Shown piece by piece: positions 1-13,686 of a stretch of DNA of 64,000 nucleotides. The stretch comes from Macrostomum lignano (lineage: Eukaryota), in the NCBI GenBank assembly GCA_002269645.1, contig NIVC01002722.1:82535-146534 (forward strand), read 5' to 3'. The notes below the pieces were generated by a model, which ran no database searches, was not told the origin of the DNA, and saw nothing but the letters and a program-made list of their open reading frames with translations. The position numbers and the translations under genes were made by a program. Position 1 is the first letter of the stretch, and each line of letters starts with the position of its first letter.

Positions 1-189
1 CTCAGTGTGGTTTAGGGGCGATTCTCAGTGTGGTTCAGGGGCGATTCTCAGGGTGGCTTAGAGGCGATTCTCAGGGTGGTTTAGGTGCGATTCTCAGGGT
101 GGTTTAGGGGCGATTCTCAGGGTCATTTAGGGGCGATTCTCAGGGTCATTTAGGGGCGATTTTCAGGGTGGTTTAGAGGCGATTCTCAG
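1..189. repeat. 23-bp minisatellite (about 8 copies, GGGGCGATTCTCAGGGTGGTTTA) in a B3GNTL1 intron
   Basis: Period-23 repeat read directly; it ends about 30 nt from the exon donor at 222. Confidence 0.9.
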
Positions 190-222
190 TGTTGTTATCA
201 ATGCTGCACAATCAGAGCTCAC

Positions 223-1482
223 TCGTGCACGGAGAATGTGGTGGCAGCTGGTTGGTATCTGTACATGAGCAGATCGGCGTCAACTCTTGCCACACCACCG
301 CCGCAGTCAAGATGCTTAAAGAAAAACTCCAAATCCTCCGGAAAGCCCCTGGCTGTAGACTGATTGAAGCCTCCCACACGATCAAATACCGATCGATGCA
401 TGAACCAAGTTGGCATGATCACGGTGGGTCCGTGAGAAGTGTACACCTGAGTCACCAGCTGCACAGGAGTCAGCTGATTGGCCCAGGCTGTGAATCGCGC
501 TGTGGAACCGTCAGGCTTACGGTGAAACTGACTGCCGACAATCTTAGTGAATATTTTGGGGGGGGGCAATAAACGATTTTATAACATTTAAATTATCAAT
601 TAATATTTGAGCGACAAAAATAATTAATAACTATTGTTCTCTTTATACTGTACTAACAGTAGAAATATAAAACATTCTGGTAAAAAATACTAATATTGAA
701 TTTTAAATAACTACTCTACTTACAGTAGAAATATGGGAAAAATACGCTAAATAACAATACAAATATTTATAGGATACTAGACAGGTCACACCCTTAGCTA
801 ATGACAGTATGTAAAAAAGAAAAGTAAAATAACTTCAGTAGACAGTAGCTCACAGCATGTTTGTTTTTCAGTGACACTGCTAGAGAAAGTTGTTCAGCAA
901 TCCGGTCAGGCAGCATGACATCATCCTGAAGATATTTACACAGATTATAAAATATCTTTATGTTTTACACACAAAATACTTAAAATTCTGTAACACAAAG
1001 ACCCACTTACAGCATCTAAAAAGCAGAGATATTCTCCAGAAGACTGAGCTACAGCACAATTTTTGGCATATCCACAGCCTCTTGCTTCACCATTGTGTCC
1101 AGATATGACAAAATTGTACACTTTTTGTGAAAATTCTTGTTTTAAATTGTTCAAGATGTTGGCGCTGCTATCCTAGTTTGTTTGTTAAAAAATTACATTG
1201 ACAATAGATTAAATTATAAATTATATAATTACATATATATTATAAGATGTAATGACATAAAAAAACTTACAGAACTAGCATCATTGTAGACAGAAATCTC
1301 TAAATTGCCAGAAAAGTTTTGATTGACAGTGGATTGAATGGCTTCACTAAGCCATGATTCAGCATTGTGAACTGGTATGATAACAGACTACAATGGATTA
1401 AAATTAATCTAATAAAACAATGTACTTTAGTATTATAAATATTAAATATTAACAATGCAAAGAATCTTACCACAAGGGCCAT
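223..1482 (-). CDS. B3GNTL1: GT2-family glycosyltransferase, B3GNTL1/QTGAL (queuosine-tRNA galactosyltransferase) orthologue; 3' part lies outside the window
   Basis: Exons 1482-1471 (MALV), 1387-1271 (SVIIPVHNAESWL...VYNDASS), 1172-1011 (...GCGYAKNCAVAQSSGEYLCFLDA), 925-854 (DDVMLPDRI...) and 542-223 (...[13 protein letters not shown]...PEDLEFF...LLMYRY). All junctions are GT-AG and in frame. Motifs match human B3GNTL1 as recalled ([35 protein letters not shown]). Confidence 0.9.
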
Positions 1483-2487
1483 TTAAAGAAACTTAATAAT
1501 TTTTCTATACTAGCATAATGTATAAAATAAGCTTCTCTGAAAAAGAATAGAGATAAAATTATTTTTACTTTAGTTTCATAATGTTAATAGCATGTTATCT
1601 GGTTGTGCTTTAAAGTTGACACTAGTAATGCGTCTTCAATGATATATAAAAAATCAGTTCTTAGATAGACTTGTATAAACATCTACCAATTGTTTTGCCC
1701 TAATGTCAGTTTAAAAAGCCTTTTTTAAGCTAGCCATCTCACATTAATTGCTAGACTGGATTTTGTTTTTATGCTATAGAAATAAAGCAAGCCAATAGCC
1801 AATGACAATACAACTTTGGCCATAATACCATTAGAAAATCTGTATTTATTATATATACCCAATATTTTATTGATTAATCTGAGGAGGAGAAGGCACTAAT
1901 AAAGGTTAAGGCTGATTTGAAGCTCAAACAAGGATGCTTCTCCTTGCCTAGAATTTATGTTTAATTATATTATTTTGGCAACTGTTGTTTGTCTAGTGAC
2001 TAGACAAATAGCAATGTGGTTATTCATCTAGTTATGGGATACATAGCCATTTCACTATTCATTCAGTTGTTATAGGCCTACTGGACAAATAGCTATTTTT
2101 TATTATATAAGTTAGTGAATATTTTTGGATTTTAAAGGTTTCTTACTTGTATCTTGATTAATATATTGTTTTATTAGTATATATCTAGTCTACACTTAGG
2201 CCCTAGTCTGACTGTTTCCTGTCTTGTATAGCTTATACCCTTTTATAAGGCAAAGCGCATGGAGAATAACAAGGTGTAAGAAGGTATAAAAATCAAACTG
2301 AATAATGAGAAGTTTTAATAATCATGCAGTCAATATGCAAGTAAAACTTTTAAGTGAGTTAATCATATATATATACATAGTTATAGGTATCCTAGGCTTA
2401 CTAAGTAAAACAAAAGATTATTTAAGGTAGGAAAAAACTCTTAAAAATCTAGAATATAAATCACTTAATAAATACTTTAAAATAAAA

Positions 2488-2838
2488 TAGAGGTCGGACG
2501 GGATCCGGATCCCAATCCCAAAATCTCGGGATCCCGAGACTCGAGATTCGGGAACAGGTCTTTCGATTAATAATTTATAGAATTAGTGATTACTTGAAGG
2601 TATTTTGCTTTATCTTGTACTCGTTACATTATTTACTTTGTTGGTTACAAAACTTCATATCAATTTCGTTGTGTTTTACTTCTTGATCTTGACAATCTTT
2701 TCTCAATTTTGTTTAACTTTACATGGAAAATACACTAAAAGACCTGATCCTGATTCCTGAATCCCAATCCCGATCCTGAGAAAAAAATTATTCCCGATCC
2801 CAATCCCGCCCGAAGATTTCAATCCCGTCCGACCTCTA
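2488..2838. mobile_element. hAT-like MITE (351 bp)
   Basis: 17-bp TIR TAGAGGTCGGACGGGAT / ATCCCGTCCGACCTCTA; 8-bp TSD AAATAAAA at 2480-2487 and 2839-2846; internal ATCCC subrepeats. Confidence 0.8.
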
Positions 2839-3318
2839 AAATAAAACACTTGTATATAGCAATTTAAGTAGACAAATAACAAATGGCTATTTGTCCAGTA
2901 ACTAGACAAATAACCATGTTGCTATTTTTCTGGTCACAGGACAAATAACTGCTTATTATTTTTCTTGACTATTTAAGACAAAAATAAATATGAGAAAATA
3001 TTTTGAAAATACAAGTAGTAAAACAAAAAGTTTTTCTTAGATTTTCACTCATTTAAAATGCATTAAAGTTTCATAATTTTTGGGTAAAAAAGAGGCTTAG
3101 GCCTATCTCATATATTTAAAATCTTGACTAAAAGTTTCATTGTTTTTTACCTTTTTAGTATTTTAACCAATTAGCTATATTGCACTTGTTTAGACCTATA
3201 AGTATGGACCTAATCAATATTAGAGACACGGCCACCATTTCTACAAGTTTTTTGGATGTAGACACGGCCGCCGTGTCTTTAAGTGTGGCGAAATAAAAAC
3301 CCAGCCAGATGGCCTTTC

Positions 3319-3430
3319 GGCTATCCTGTAGTTTCGCACGTTAAATTATTTTACGGAATTATTTCGCCCTCTATTCAAGGGTGGTGGGGGGTGGGGGTTA
3401 TAATTAAACGTGCGAAACTACAGGATAGCC
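3319..3430. mobile_element. 112-bp MITE with GG-start TIRs and 8-bp TSD (Merlin- or hAT-like)
   Basis: TIR GGCTATCCTGTAGTTTCGCACGTT / AACGTGCGAAACTACAGGATAGCC; TSD GGCCTTTC on both sides. Confidence 0.75.
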
Positions 3431-4009
3431 GGCCTTTCTTTATTAAAAAACTTGAACTAATTTCTCTACATCTCTACAAACAAACTCTACAAACAATCTC
3501 TACAAACAACAAGCTTTTAAAAACTTAAAAGTAAATAAAGTTTGACTAGACCCATAGTCGGACAAAAATATTAGAATTCAAGGTTTTGTATAACCTCAAA
3601 GTAATTACTTAAGAGATATATATCAACAACGTAAAGAAAAAAACACATTAAAAAGAAGGTGTCCTGGAATTTTACAAATTTAAAAACCATTTACCGTTGT
3701 TTAGTAGTAAAACAAAGTCAATATTTTATACTTCAACTAAATAATATAAGTAGAAATTGCAGCTAAACAAACATATTAAAAACTTTGTCAAATTATAATT
3801 TATAAAAGATATTCTGCTTAAGACTTGCAAAAGAGAGTTATTTATAATTCAAATTACATAATTTCATCAATATATATACTTGCGACGACCACGACTACAT
3901 ATAAAAGTTGCAGTTGTAGTCAAATAGTTTAGGTTTATTTTCATTACTCTCATTCGCAAGGCTACGTTTTCGATTTTTAGCTTTTCATTTCAATAGTTTT
4001 TTAGCCTAA

Positions 4010-7000
4010 ATGGGAAATATACACACAGTCGGACCTAATGAAGCCTTGGTAATTTCAGGTATGTAAGTTAGAGTATTACTTTCACGTTTAAAGTGTTTTT
4101 GTAATTAGAAAAAATATTTAAAACTAGGCTAAAATTGCAATGATTCTGATTGTTTTTTAAGAATTTCTTAGACTTGATTAGGCCCCTAATATAATATAAC
4201 TTTTATAATTGTTTTTTTGTGTACACTACAGTTATTTTGTCTGCCACCAGTTACTCTGGACACATGATTAAGGACTTCTTTAAGTTTAATGTTGATAAAA
4301 TACTTTCGATTTTTTAATTTTTCTGTAATTTTCACTAGACACTTGGGGGATGCTAGAAATGATAAAAAAGTGAAAAAATCTCCAAAAAATACATTCTGTG
4401 GTGATGCAACCTCAGTTTATTAATCCCTTAGGCCAGGCCCTATGATGTCAATAAGAATTTGAAAAAAATTGTTTCAATGAATTTTGTATTTATAAATGAA
4501 CATTTTTTAAAACAAAAAATAAGTTAATATGTTTTGTGAATATAAAATATATAAAAAAGAAATCACAAGTAATAAACCACTTTCCAATTATAATGTAATG
4601 CTTATAATGCTTTTCGGTGCCTGGTATCTCGTTGCCCCAGTTTATATTACCCCAAAATTATGATAATAAAAAATCTTATAATAAACATAATAAATACTTT
4701 ACAAAATGTTCAATATTCCTAATAAAAGCAGTGTTAATTTTGTTCAACTGGCAGGTTTCTTTAAATTGGAAAAATCCGTTCAATTTAATTGCATATATTT
4801 GCTATATCTTGTATATACAATACAAGTTGGCTGCACTCAGCAAGTGTGCTAGTGCTATGAAGACTTAGTTAGGAAAGTTGAAATCCATCAACGATGCTAC
4901 ATATAGTTTTGATCAAAATTCTGAAATGTGACAAGTCTATATGTATTTTAGTTAGTATTGATTTTTTCCCTATTGGAATAAGTTGACGAAACCCGGACGA
5001 CCGTCCGTCGCATTTTTGGATTCTCCTGGTGTCGCGTCGCGCGACAGTGGTGTCAAGTGGAAACCTGGTGTCCTCATGCATTGTGTCGTGCGACACGACA
5101 CAACGAGACGCGAAAGTGTGGCAACTTGGCGGCTGGTGTCGTCATGTGTTGCGTTGCACCTAGATCTGCAGCCAAAACCTTGCAAACTGTGTTTCATTGT
5201 AATAATATGTTCACAGTTATTTCTCGGTATTTAACTATTTCAAACACATTTAATGAAAACTAATTCTTGAATTGTTTTTTTTATTTCGACAGTAAAATAA
5301 CTAATACTTCAAATATACTGTTGTACCTTTGTTGTTTTACTCTTTATTGTTTTTAAATTTCATTTCTTTTTCCGCAAAATTGAAAGGAATACTCTTGTCC
5401 CTCGCTCCATGGTCTTGGTGTCGGGAGTGAACGGCAGAACAAGAATTGTCAATTGCAACGTGGCTGCTGTGGCGTCCTTCCCCCCCCCCCCCCCGGTCAT
5501 TCGGTCAACAGACATCACTGTTGCGTCGCGCGTTGCCGCCCCCGTCAAAAAAATTTGGTATTGCGTCGCACTTTTAAGGGCATAATTTTGGCACCCGTGT
5601 CGCACGTCCGCGGGTTTTTGAAACTTATTCCAATAGGGGATTTTTTGAATCACCCAATCATGTTTTATTTCATAAAACTGCCTAAGAAATAAAGCAAGTA
5701 TTATTTAATGAAGTAAAATCTTTTTGGGCATAACTATTGGACCATAATTAATCTATAAGATTTTATTACAAGTGCATTTGGGACATTAGTTTAAAATTTT
5801 GACATGGCTGAGATGCACGGCTATAACGACATGAAAATAAATCAAAGTTCAAGTAACCAAAAACCATTTTTTGAATTAAAACAGCAGGTCAGCTTAACTA
5901 AATAAAGAATACCTTTTTTATAATAAATAAGTACTGCAAAGACAAAGCACTTACTGCTAAATTAAGGCTCAATTTCTATATTTTGGGTCCAATTTTAATG
6001 TATAATTTGGGCACCAAAAAGCAAGCTGGGGCACCAAAATGACAGGCACCAAAAAGCGTGGATACCAGGTTTATCTCCCACCCAAGTCTAGAACTTATCA
6101 ATATCATCTTGAATATGTCTCTATGCCTCTATTCAAGTTTATGTTGATAAAATCAATCCCTATAAAGAATCTCCCCATCCTAAAACCCCATATTCCCCAT
6201 GACCTAATGGTTGGTTTTAAGCTACATATAGTTGGGTTAAAGCTACAAAAAATGAAAGCTCAAATTTGAAATCAGCACTATTAAAAACAAAATTATGCTC
6301 CTGTTAAAATTGCAACTAATTTATCAATATAAACTTGAAGAAGTCACATGATGGCCTTTTGTATTTTCTCAGACATTTGCTTTCAAAATATGTTTTGTAA
6401 AGGGTGCCACTAAATTCATCATTTGACATACTTTCTATTTATTTATGTCAATGCTTTTTTAGGATAGAAATTTTTGCTTGGGCCTATAAAATTTTTAAGC
6501 ATCATAGACCATGATAATGTCAATTGAATTGTCACAAGTGGCAAACCTTATATATATTAAGTTTATATTTAAGGGAAATTTTCTATTTTTGGTATAAAAT
6601 GGTATATTTAGCTAAAAAGGATTCTTGTTCCTGTTTATATTACTTTTACAATCTGGACCATATATGCACAACCTCCAAAATTCGGTTGGCTGTGTGACAT
6701 AGTGACATAGTGACATGTGACATAGAAAATGCAACTTACATGTAAAGAAACACAATTAACACAACTTTGGATAAATTGCAGGAGTAACTGTGACTGTCTT
6801 ATAAAGCCAAAATGCCTCGTCAGCTACTTAGTACTACTAGGTGTTTTTTGGGTGGGCATTTTTGTGACTTCCTTGGTTGGCCGCCAAATTGGTCAGCCAG
6901 ATCAGCTGACTGTTGCGCATGTATGATCTAGACCCTGGCAACATGGTATATAAAAATATTATATAGCAATGGCATTAATTTCTATACTTTTACTGCAAGC

Positions 7001-10000
7001 AACATATTATGCAAAAAATAGTACTTCATGCAAGTAAAACCAAGTGAAACAGAGCCTATGATTTTATTTTCACTTTTGTTATAATCATTTTAATGAGATT
7101 TATGACAAAGTGATCATAGGACAAAAATAGGAGAGTATAATTTTGGCTCTTTGCTTATTGTGTGCCCCAAAGGGAGGCACTAGATTGCTAGTTTTTACTA
7201 ATAATAAATGTCAATTAGTCATTTCATAGATAGGCCTAGTGTCTGATCAATATCAAAATAATAAAAACTATGTCTATAGACTCATTTATAAATATTTAAG
7301 TCAATAAAATCTAATAATAATATATACTTTTTAATGCTTTTATATAGACATTACGAGTAACTGTGTTCTATAAAAAGATGGGATAGATAAAAATAAAAGA
7401 AGGTGCACATATCTTTAGCTACTTTAATACATTGGATGTGCTATAACTTTATGCTATGATTTCATATTATGATCTAGTAAAATCAATCTTATATTAATAT
7501 ATGTAATTTTACTATTAACTTCAAGTGATTGTAGAACAAAATAGATATCTTCAGTTTGTCTGACAATCAGCTTCATTCAATCATTTATATGGTAGTATAA
7601 CAAAAGTGAATATATATGCTCTTTTAATAAAGATATAAGTCCCATCTAGTGTTCTGGAGGTTCATATTTTGTTACACAAGCTCATATTTTTGGGGTTTTA
7701 CTAATTTAATTGTATATGTATTTTTTATTTATTTAATCCAACCCCCCTCTCTCTTTGCTAACCTCACCCCCACGTTAAATTATTAAATAAAAATGGCGTG
7801 ATTTTGGTAAGCGTGCTTTTTGCTAAGTGGTTGCTTGTTTTGTTTGCCTGCGCAAGAATTCAGAAGTATTGAAGGCTACAAACATCTGATTATACTTAAT
7901 TATTTTTTTGGTTTTTGAAGAGTTAGTCAATTTAATGTCTAGTATATGCTTTCTCAGTCATGCGCAACCTTTGGATTCACTTGGCTGTTTCTATTGGCAA
8001 CACACACATGTAAGTTGCTATTGGACCATACATGCGCAACCCCCTTGATTTACACTGGCCATGCAACTTACTTTTTGACCAAAAATGCGACTTACCTGTG
8101 AAAGAAACCCTAACACAGTTTTGGGTAAACGGCAGGAGTAATTACGACTCTCTTATAAGGCCTAAATGCCTCATCATCTAATTAGTACTAGGTCTGTATT
8201 CTTTAGGCTGGGCATTTTTGCGACTTACCCCTAGTCCACCACAATTTACGGTGGCCAGATCGGCCAGGTCGGCCAGCAGTTGCGTATGTATGCTATTGGA
8301 CGGAATAGTAGTCATGTGACTGCTCTCAGCCAATAGCAACTTACATGTGTGTGTTGCCAATAGAAACGGCCGGGTGAATCCCTAGGTTGTGCCCAAGCAT
8401 GTGCTTTCTTAAACTCTAAATTAATTTTAATTATTTTTGGGATTGCATAAAAAAACACCTACTCTCATATAGACAGGGGATAGGAGATAGGGGATTATGA
8501 GACAAAATACTATTACTGTTACTATTACAAAAATTAATTAAAAATAAAAACTAATGGACATTAATGCAAAATGATTTTGATAATTAATTTCTACTCAAAG
8601 ATAAAGTAAATTTAAATGCTTAGAGATTTTTTTCTTTGTATGAGTATATAAGCCTAATGCATATATTTTTTCTTGATAATCTAATGCCTAGATATTTTTG
8701 TCCATAGTATTAGCATTTTTTCTAATAGACATATGATTGTCCTTGCCTGTAGGATAAACTCTAATAAATTAAAATAAATTTTTATTTTATTCATTTGTTT
8801 AAAGACAACAAACAACTACAACAAAATATAGTAAATTAGTAAAAAGAGTGTCAGATGTCATGTCAAAGTGCTAATAAGTAGAAAAATCAACCTTTTCAAA
8901 TAAAAGTTTTATAAATAATATACCACATAACTTAATATGTTTTGTTTCTTATATCATATAATATATAATAAAACAATAGACCCTTAATTAGGACCCGATT
9001 CTTGAGTACTTGATTTAGAATTCTTAGTGCTCCAACTTTATATAGCTTAAATATCAAAACTTTTTATAGCAGAAAATGATCAAACTGGTAGGCAACTTTT
9101 CACAAATATTAGAAAACAAAAGGTAGCAGACTAAATGTAGTCATTTTTACCTTTTTTGAATATCTACAAGTATTATTTTACAATCTGTTATATATGCAAC
9201 TATTTTTACAAAGATCTTGCTCAACCCTTATGTTCACCCTTAGCCAGTATCAATATTACCAAGTTAATATTGCCAATTTAAAATCCAAATCCAATCCAAA
9301 CAAGTAAAATAATCAGTTTGAAATCATAATATCAATTACTTCAAACTTTTAAGGTGGTTGCTGTGGCGACCAGAGTGTCCGTCGCATCATTGGAGGCTGG
9401 GGCTGGGCTTGGTGGCTTGTAACACAAACTCAGAAGTGAGTAATTAGTTATTGTTAAACTTGATAATATATTAATGTAGTGGGTCCAGCGCGTTTGTCTA
9501 TAATTTTTTGTTTATTTTTTCAGACTAACTTTGGAGGTGTTCACACTGAAGCCGCGCTGTGAGAGTGTTGAAACCTCCGAGGGTGTAGCTCTGACAGTGA
9601 CAGGTATGATATTGATTTATTTTATTCATTTTTCTGGAGTTGGGAGTGATAAGATTTAAACTGGAAGTGACGTATGGAAAATGGGATATTTTAGTGGGGA
9701 TGTAGAGAGGGGAAAATACAGAAGGGATGTAGAGAGGTGAGACCCCATAGGGAGTGTAGAGAGGAGAGAACCCAGAGGGGTGTAGAGAGGGGAGAACCCA
9801 TAGGGAGTGTAGAGAGGTGAGAACCTAGAGGGGTGTAGAGAGGGGAGAACCCATAGGGAGTGTAGAGAGGTGAGAACCCAGAGGGGTGTAGAGAGGGGAG
9901 AACCCATAGGGAGTGTAGAGAGGTGAGAACCTAGAGGGGTGTAGAGAGGGGAGAACCCATAGGGAGTGTAGAGAGGTGAGAACCCAGAGGGGTGTAGAGA

Positions 10001-13000
10001 GGGGAGAACCCATAGGGAGTGTAGAGAGGTGAGAACCCAGAGGGGTGTAGAGAGGGGAGAACCCATAGGGAGTGTAGAGAGGTGAGAACCTAGAGGGGTG
10101 TAGAGAGGGGAGAACCCATAGGGAGTGTAGAGAGGTGAGAACCCAGAGGGGTGTAGAGAGGGGAGAACCCATAGGGAGTGTAGAGAGGTGAGAACCCAGA
10201 GGGGTGTAGAGAGGGGAGAACCCATAGGGAGTGTAGAGAGGTGAGAACCCAGAGGGGTGTAGAGAGGGGAGAACCCATAGGGAGTGTAGAGAGGTGAGAA
10301 CCTAGAGGGGTGTAGAGAGGGGAGAACCCATAGGGAGTGTAGAGAGGTGAGAACCCAGAGGGGTGTAGAGAGGGGAGAACCCATAGGGAGTGTAGAGAGG
10401 TGAGAACCCAGAGGGGTGTAGAGAGGGGAGAACCCATAGGGAGTGTAGAGAGGGGAGAACCCATAGGGAGTGTAGAGAGGTGAGAACCCAGAGGGGTGTA
10501 GAGAGGGGAGAACCCATAGGGAGTGTAGAGAGGTGAGAACCCAGAGGGGTGTAGAGAGGGGAGAACCCAGAGGGAATGTAGAGGGGGAAGAACCCAGGGG
10601 GATGTAGAGAGGGGAGAACCCAGAGGGAATGTAGAGGGGGAAGAACCCAGGGGGAATGTAAAGAGGGGAGACCCAGAGGGAATGTAGAGGGGGAAGAACC
10701 CAGGGGGATGTAGAGAGGGGAGAACCCAGAGGGGTGTAGAGAGGGGAGAACCCAGAGGGGTGTAGAGAGGGGAGAACTCAGAGGGGTGTAGAGAGGGGAG
10801 AACCCAGAGGGGATGTAGAGAGGGGAAAGTTCTGGGTGATGTTAAAAGCAGCGAGTCGACAGTAGATGACACGAATGGCATCCCTTTAATCAAAGGCGTC
10901 GCCCAAGTGAAGGTGATGCGAGATGATGAGATTCTGGCCACCGCCTGCGAGCAGTTTCTGGGCAAGTCGCGCCAAGAGATGGAGGAGACAATCCTGCAGA
11001 CCATGGAGGGCCATCTGCGCGCCATCCTGGGCACCCTGACTGTCGAGGCCATCTACAAAGATCGTGACCAATTCGCTGAACTTGTCCGCGAAGTGGCCGC
11101 ACCGGATGTAGGCAAAATGGGCATCGAAATTCTGTCCTTCACCATCAAGGACATCTACGACAAGGTGGACTATCTAAACAGCCTCGGCCGCACGCAGACT
11201 GCCGTTATCAAGAGAGACGCCGATATTGGCGTGGCCGAAGCCGAGAGAGACGCCGGCATTGTTGAATCGTCCTGCCAGCGAGCCAGAATGGATGTCAAGT
11301 ACGACATGGACTCGAAAATTGCCGACAGTGCCAGGACCTTCCAGATGCAGAAGGGCGCTTTCGATGTGGAAGTGAATAGGGCCAAGGCCGAGTCCGAGCT
11401 GGCCTATAATCTCCAGGGTGCCAAGGAGAGGCAGAAGATCCGAGCTGAGGAAATCGAAATTGAGGTGAGATAATCTAATGCTTTGTGGGTGGAAAACAGG
11501 GTGTGAAGAGGATAACAGGGGAGGGTGAGAAGAGGGTAACAGGGGAGGGTGAAAAGAGATAATAGGGGAGGGTGAGAATAGGGTAACAGGGGATGGTGAG
11601 AAGAGGGTAACAGGGGAGGGTGAGAATAGGGTAACAGGGGAGGGTGAGAATAGGGTAACAGAAGAGGGTGAGAAGAGGGTAACAGGGGAGGGTGAGAAGG
11701 GGATAACAGGGGATGGTGAGAAGAGGGTAACAGGGGATGGTGAGAAGAGGGTAACAGGGGATGGTGAGAAGAGGGTAACAGGGGAGGGTTAGAAGAGGGT
11801 AACAGGGGAGGGTGAGAAGAGGATAACAGGGGATGGTGAGAAGGGGATAACAGGGGCTGGTGAGAAGAGGGTAACAGGGGATGGTGAGAAGAGGGTAACA
11901 GGGGAGGGTTAGAAGAGGGTAACAGGGGAGGGTTAGAAGAGGGTAACACGGGAGGGTTAGAAGAGGGTAACAGGGGAGGGTTAGAAGAGGGTAACAGGGG
12001 AGGGTTAGAAGAGGGTAACAGGGGAGGGTTAGAAGAGGGTAACAGAGGAGGGTGAAAAGGGTAACAGGGGAGGGTGAAAAATGGGTAACAGGATAGAGTT
12101 AGAAGAGGGTAACAGGGGAGGGTGAAAAGGGTAACAGGGGAGGGTGAAAAATGGGTAACAGGATAGAGTTAGAAGAGGGTAACAGGGGAGGGTGAGATGA
12201 GGTTAACAGGGGAGGGAGAGGGTAACAGATGATTTGCTCTGTTGTTATTTCAAGTGATAGTTAAGATTAAAAAGTTAAATTTACTAATTTGATTTCAAAT
12301 TGCTGCAGGTTCTGTCTCACTTTGTGTGTTAGAAACAGAGATAGTCAAATAAATCAATCCTGAGTTTGCGCACCCCTTCTCATTCACAGCGAACAGCAGA
12401 ATTCAGACAGTGCTCAATGCGTATTGACTGTATATTTAAGATAAGGCGAGAACCTTTATAGATTTACAACTAGCTAGGTACTCGCATATCAGTGTGCAGC
12501 AATTACGTTCGTCTATTTTTTTGTTTTCTGAACTTGAAACATTTAATTTGATCTTTTTGCCATTAGTAAAGGTCAAGTAAGGTCAAATGAATATTATTTA
12601 TGTACTGCATTGACAAAAAACTTAATAATATAGTACGTTACACTGTCTATTTGTATCGAAAACAAGTTTAATAATTACCACGCCGATATGTATCGAAAAA
12701 ATCATTAATCATCACTTCACCGCCTATATGTATAAAAATTGGTTTCTTAATTACCCTGCCGAAATGTATTGAAAGCAGGTTTAATAAGTATCCCGCCGAT
12801 ATGTATCGAAGGCAGGTTTAATAATTATCCTGCCGATATGTATCGAAAGCAGGTTTAATAATTATCCCGTCGATATTTATCGAAAGCAGGTTTAATAAAT
12901 ATCCCGCCGATATGTATTGAAAGCAAGTTTAATAATTAACCTGCCGATATGTATCGAAAACTGGTTTAATAAAGTATCCCGTAGATATGTATCGAAAGCA

Positions 13001-13686
13001 GGTTTTTTTATAATTCTCCCGCCGATATGTATCGAAAGCAGGTTTAACAAATATCCCGCCCATATGTATTGAAAGCAAGTTTAATAATTAACCTACCGAT
13101 ATGTATCGAAAACTGGTTTTTTTAATTATTGCGCCGATATGTATCGATACAAATAAAATAAGTGGCACCTCCACTACCCTGGCAGGTTCGCGAGAAGCGC
13201 AAGCTGATTGAAATCGAAGAGAAAGAAATCATTCGCAACGAGAAGGAGCTTGACGCCAACGTTCGCCGCCCTGCCGAGGCGCAGGCCTTCAAAGTGCAGA
13301 CCATCGCGGCCGGTGACCGGTTCCGCAAAGTGAAGGTGGCCCAGGCCGAGGCTGAGTCCATCCGAGTGCGCGGCTCAGCCGAGGCCGCCAGCATCGAGGC
13401 GGTTGGCAAGGCCCAGGCAGAGGAGATGCGACTCAAGGCCTCGGCTTTCCGAGCCTACGGCGACGCCGCCATCTTGGAGCTGACACTGGACGCTCTGCCG
13501 CGCGTTGCTGCCGAGGTGGCCGCGCCGCTGTCCAAGATTGACGAGATTGTTGTGCTGGGCGACGATCGAACCACGTCTGAGGTGTCGCGCCTGCTGAGCA
13601 GCCTGCCGCCAGCTGTGCAGGCCCTGACGGGAGTTGATCTGTCCAAAGCCCTTGGCAAACTGCCAGGAGCCACGGCCACCGCTTAG
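4010..13686 (+). CDS. FLOT2: Flotillin-2 (SPFH domain), 5 exons
   Basis: Exons 4010-4058 (MGNIHTVGPNEALVISG), 9354-9435 (GCCG...GGWGWAWW), 9524-9603 (TLKPRCESVETSEGVALTVT), 10896-11464 (GVAQVKVM...ACEQFLGK...QTMEGHLRAILGTLTVE) and 13186-13686 (...AAPLSKIDEIVVL...ALTGVDLSK). GT-AG, frames consistent; AATAAA at 13837. Confidence 0.95.
4960..5645. mobile_element. Degenerate non-autonomous DNA transposon in FLOT2 intron 1
   Basis: Imperfect inverted repeat CCCTATTGGAATAAGTT..AAACCCG (about 4968) / CGGGTTT..AACTTATTCCAATAGGG (about 5610) around a GC-richer CGACAC-rich core; TSD not found. Confidence 0.4.
7959..8401. mobile_element. MITE with about 65-bp inverted repeats
   Basis: ...GTTTCTATTGGCAACACACACATGTAAGTTGCTATTGG / CCAATAGCAACTTACATGTGTGTGTTGCCAATAGAAAC...; related sequence near 6700-6930. 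Confidence 0.6.
9710..10825. repeat. 53-bp (27+26) purine-rich minisatellite, FLOT2 intron 3
   Basis: GAGAACCCATAGGGAGTGTAGAGAGGT + GAGAACCCAGAGGGGTGTAGAGAGGG; it produces the 53-aa periodicity in the spurious minus-strand ORFs. Confidence 0.95.
11500..12225. repeat. 24-bp G-rich minisatellite, FLOT2 intron 4
   Basis: AGAAGAGGGTAACAGGGGAGGGTG, about 30 copies. Confidence 0.95.
12650..13150. repeat. About 37-bp tandem repeat, FLOT2 intron 4
   Basis: GCCGATATGTATCGAAAGCAGGTTTAATAATTATCCT-like units with no unique spacers. Confidence 0.9.

Noticed and set aside
9656-11949. Pro/Leu/Ser-rich minus-strand ORFs
   Set aside because: Stop-free minisatellites inside FLOT2 introns.
12650-13150. CRISPR-like 37-bp repeats with an internal palindrome
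   Set aside because: No unique spacers, no cas genes, and a eukaryotic intron setting.
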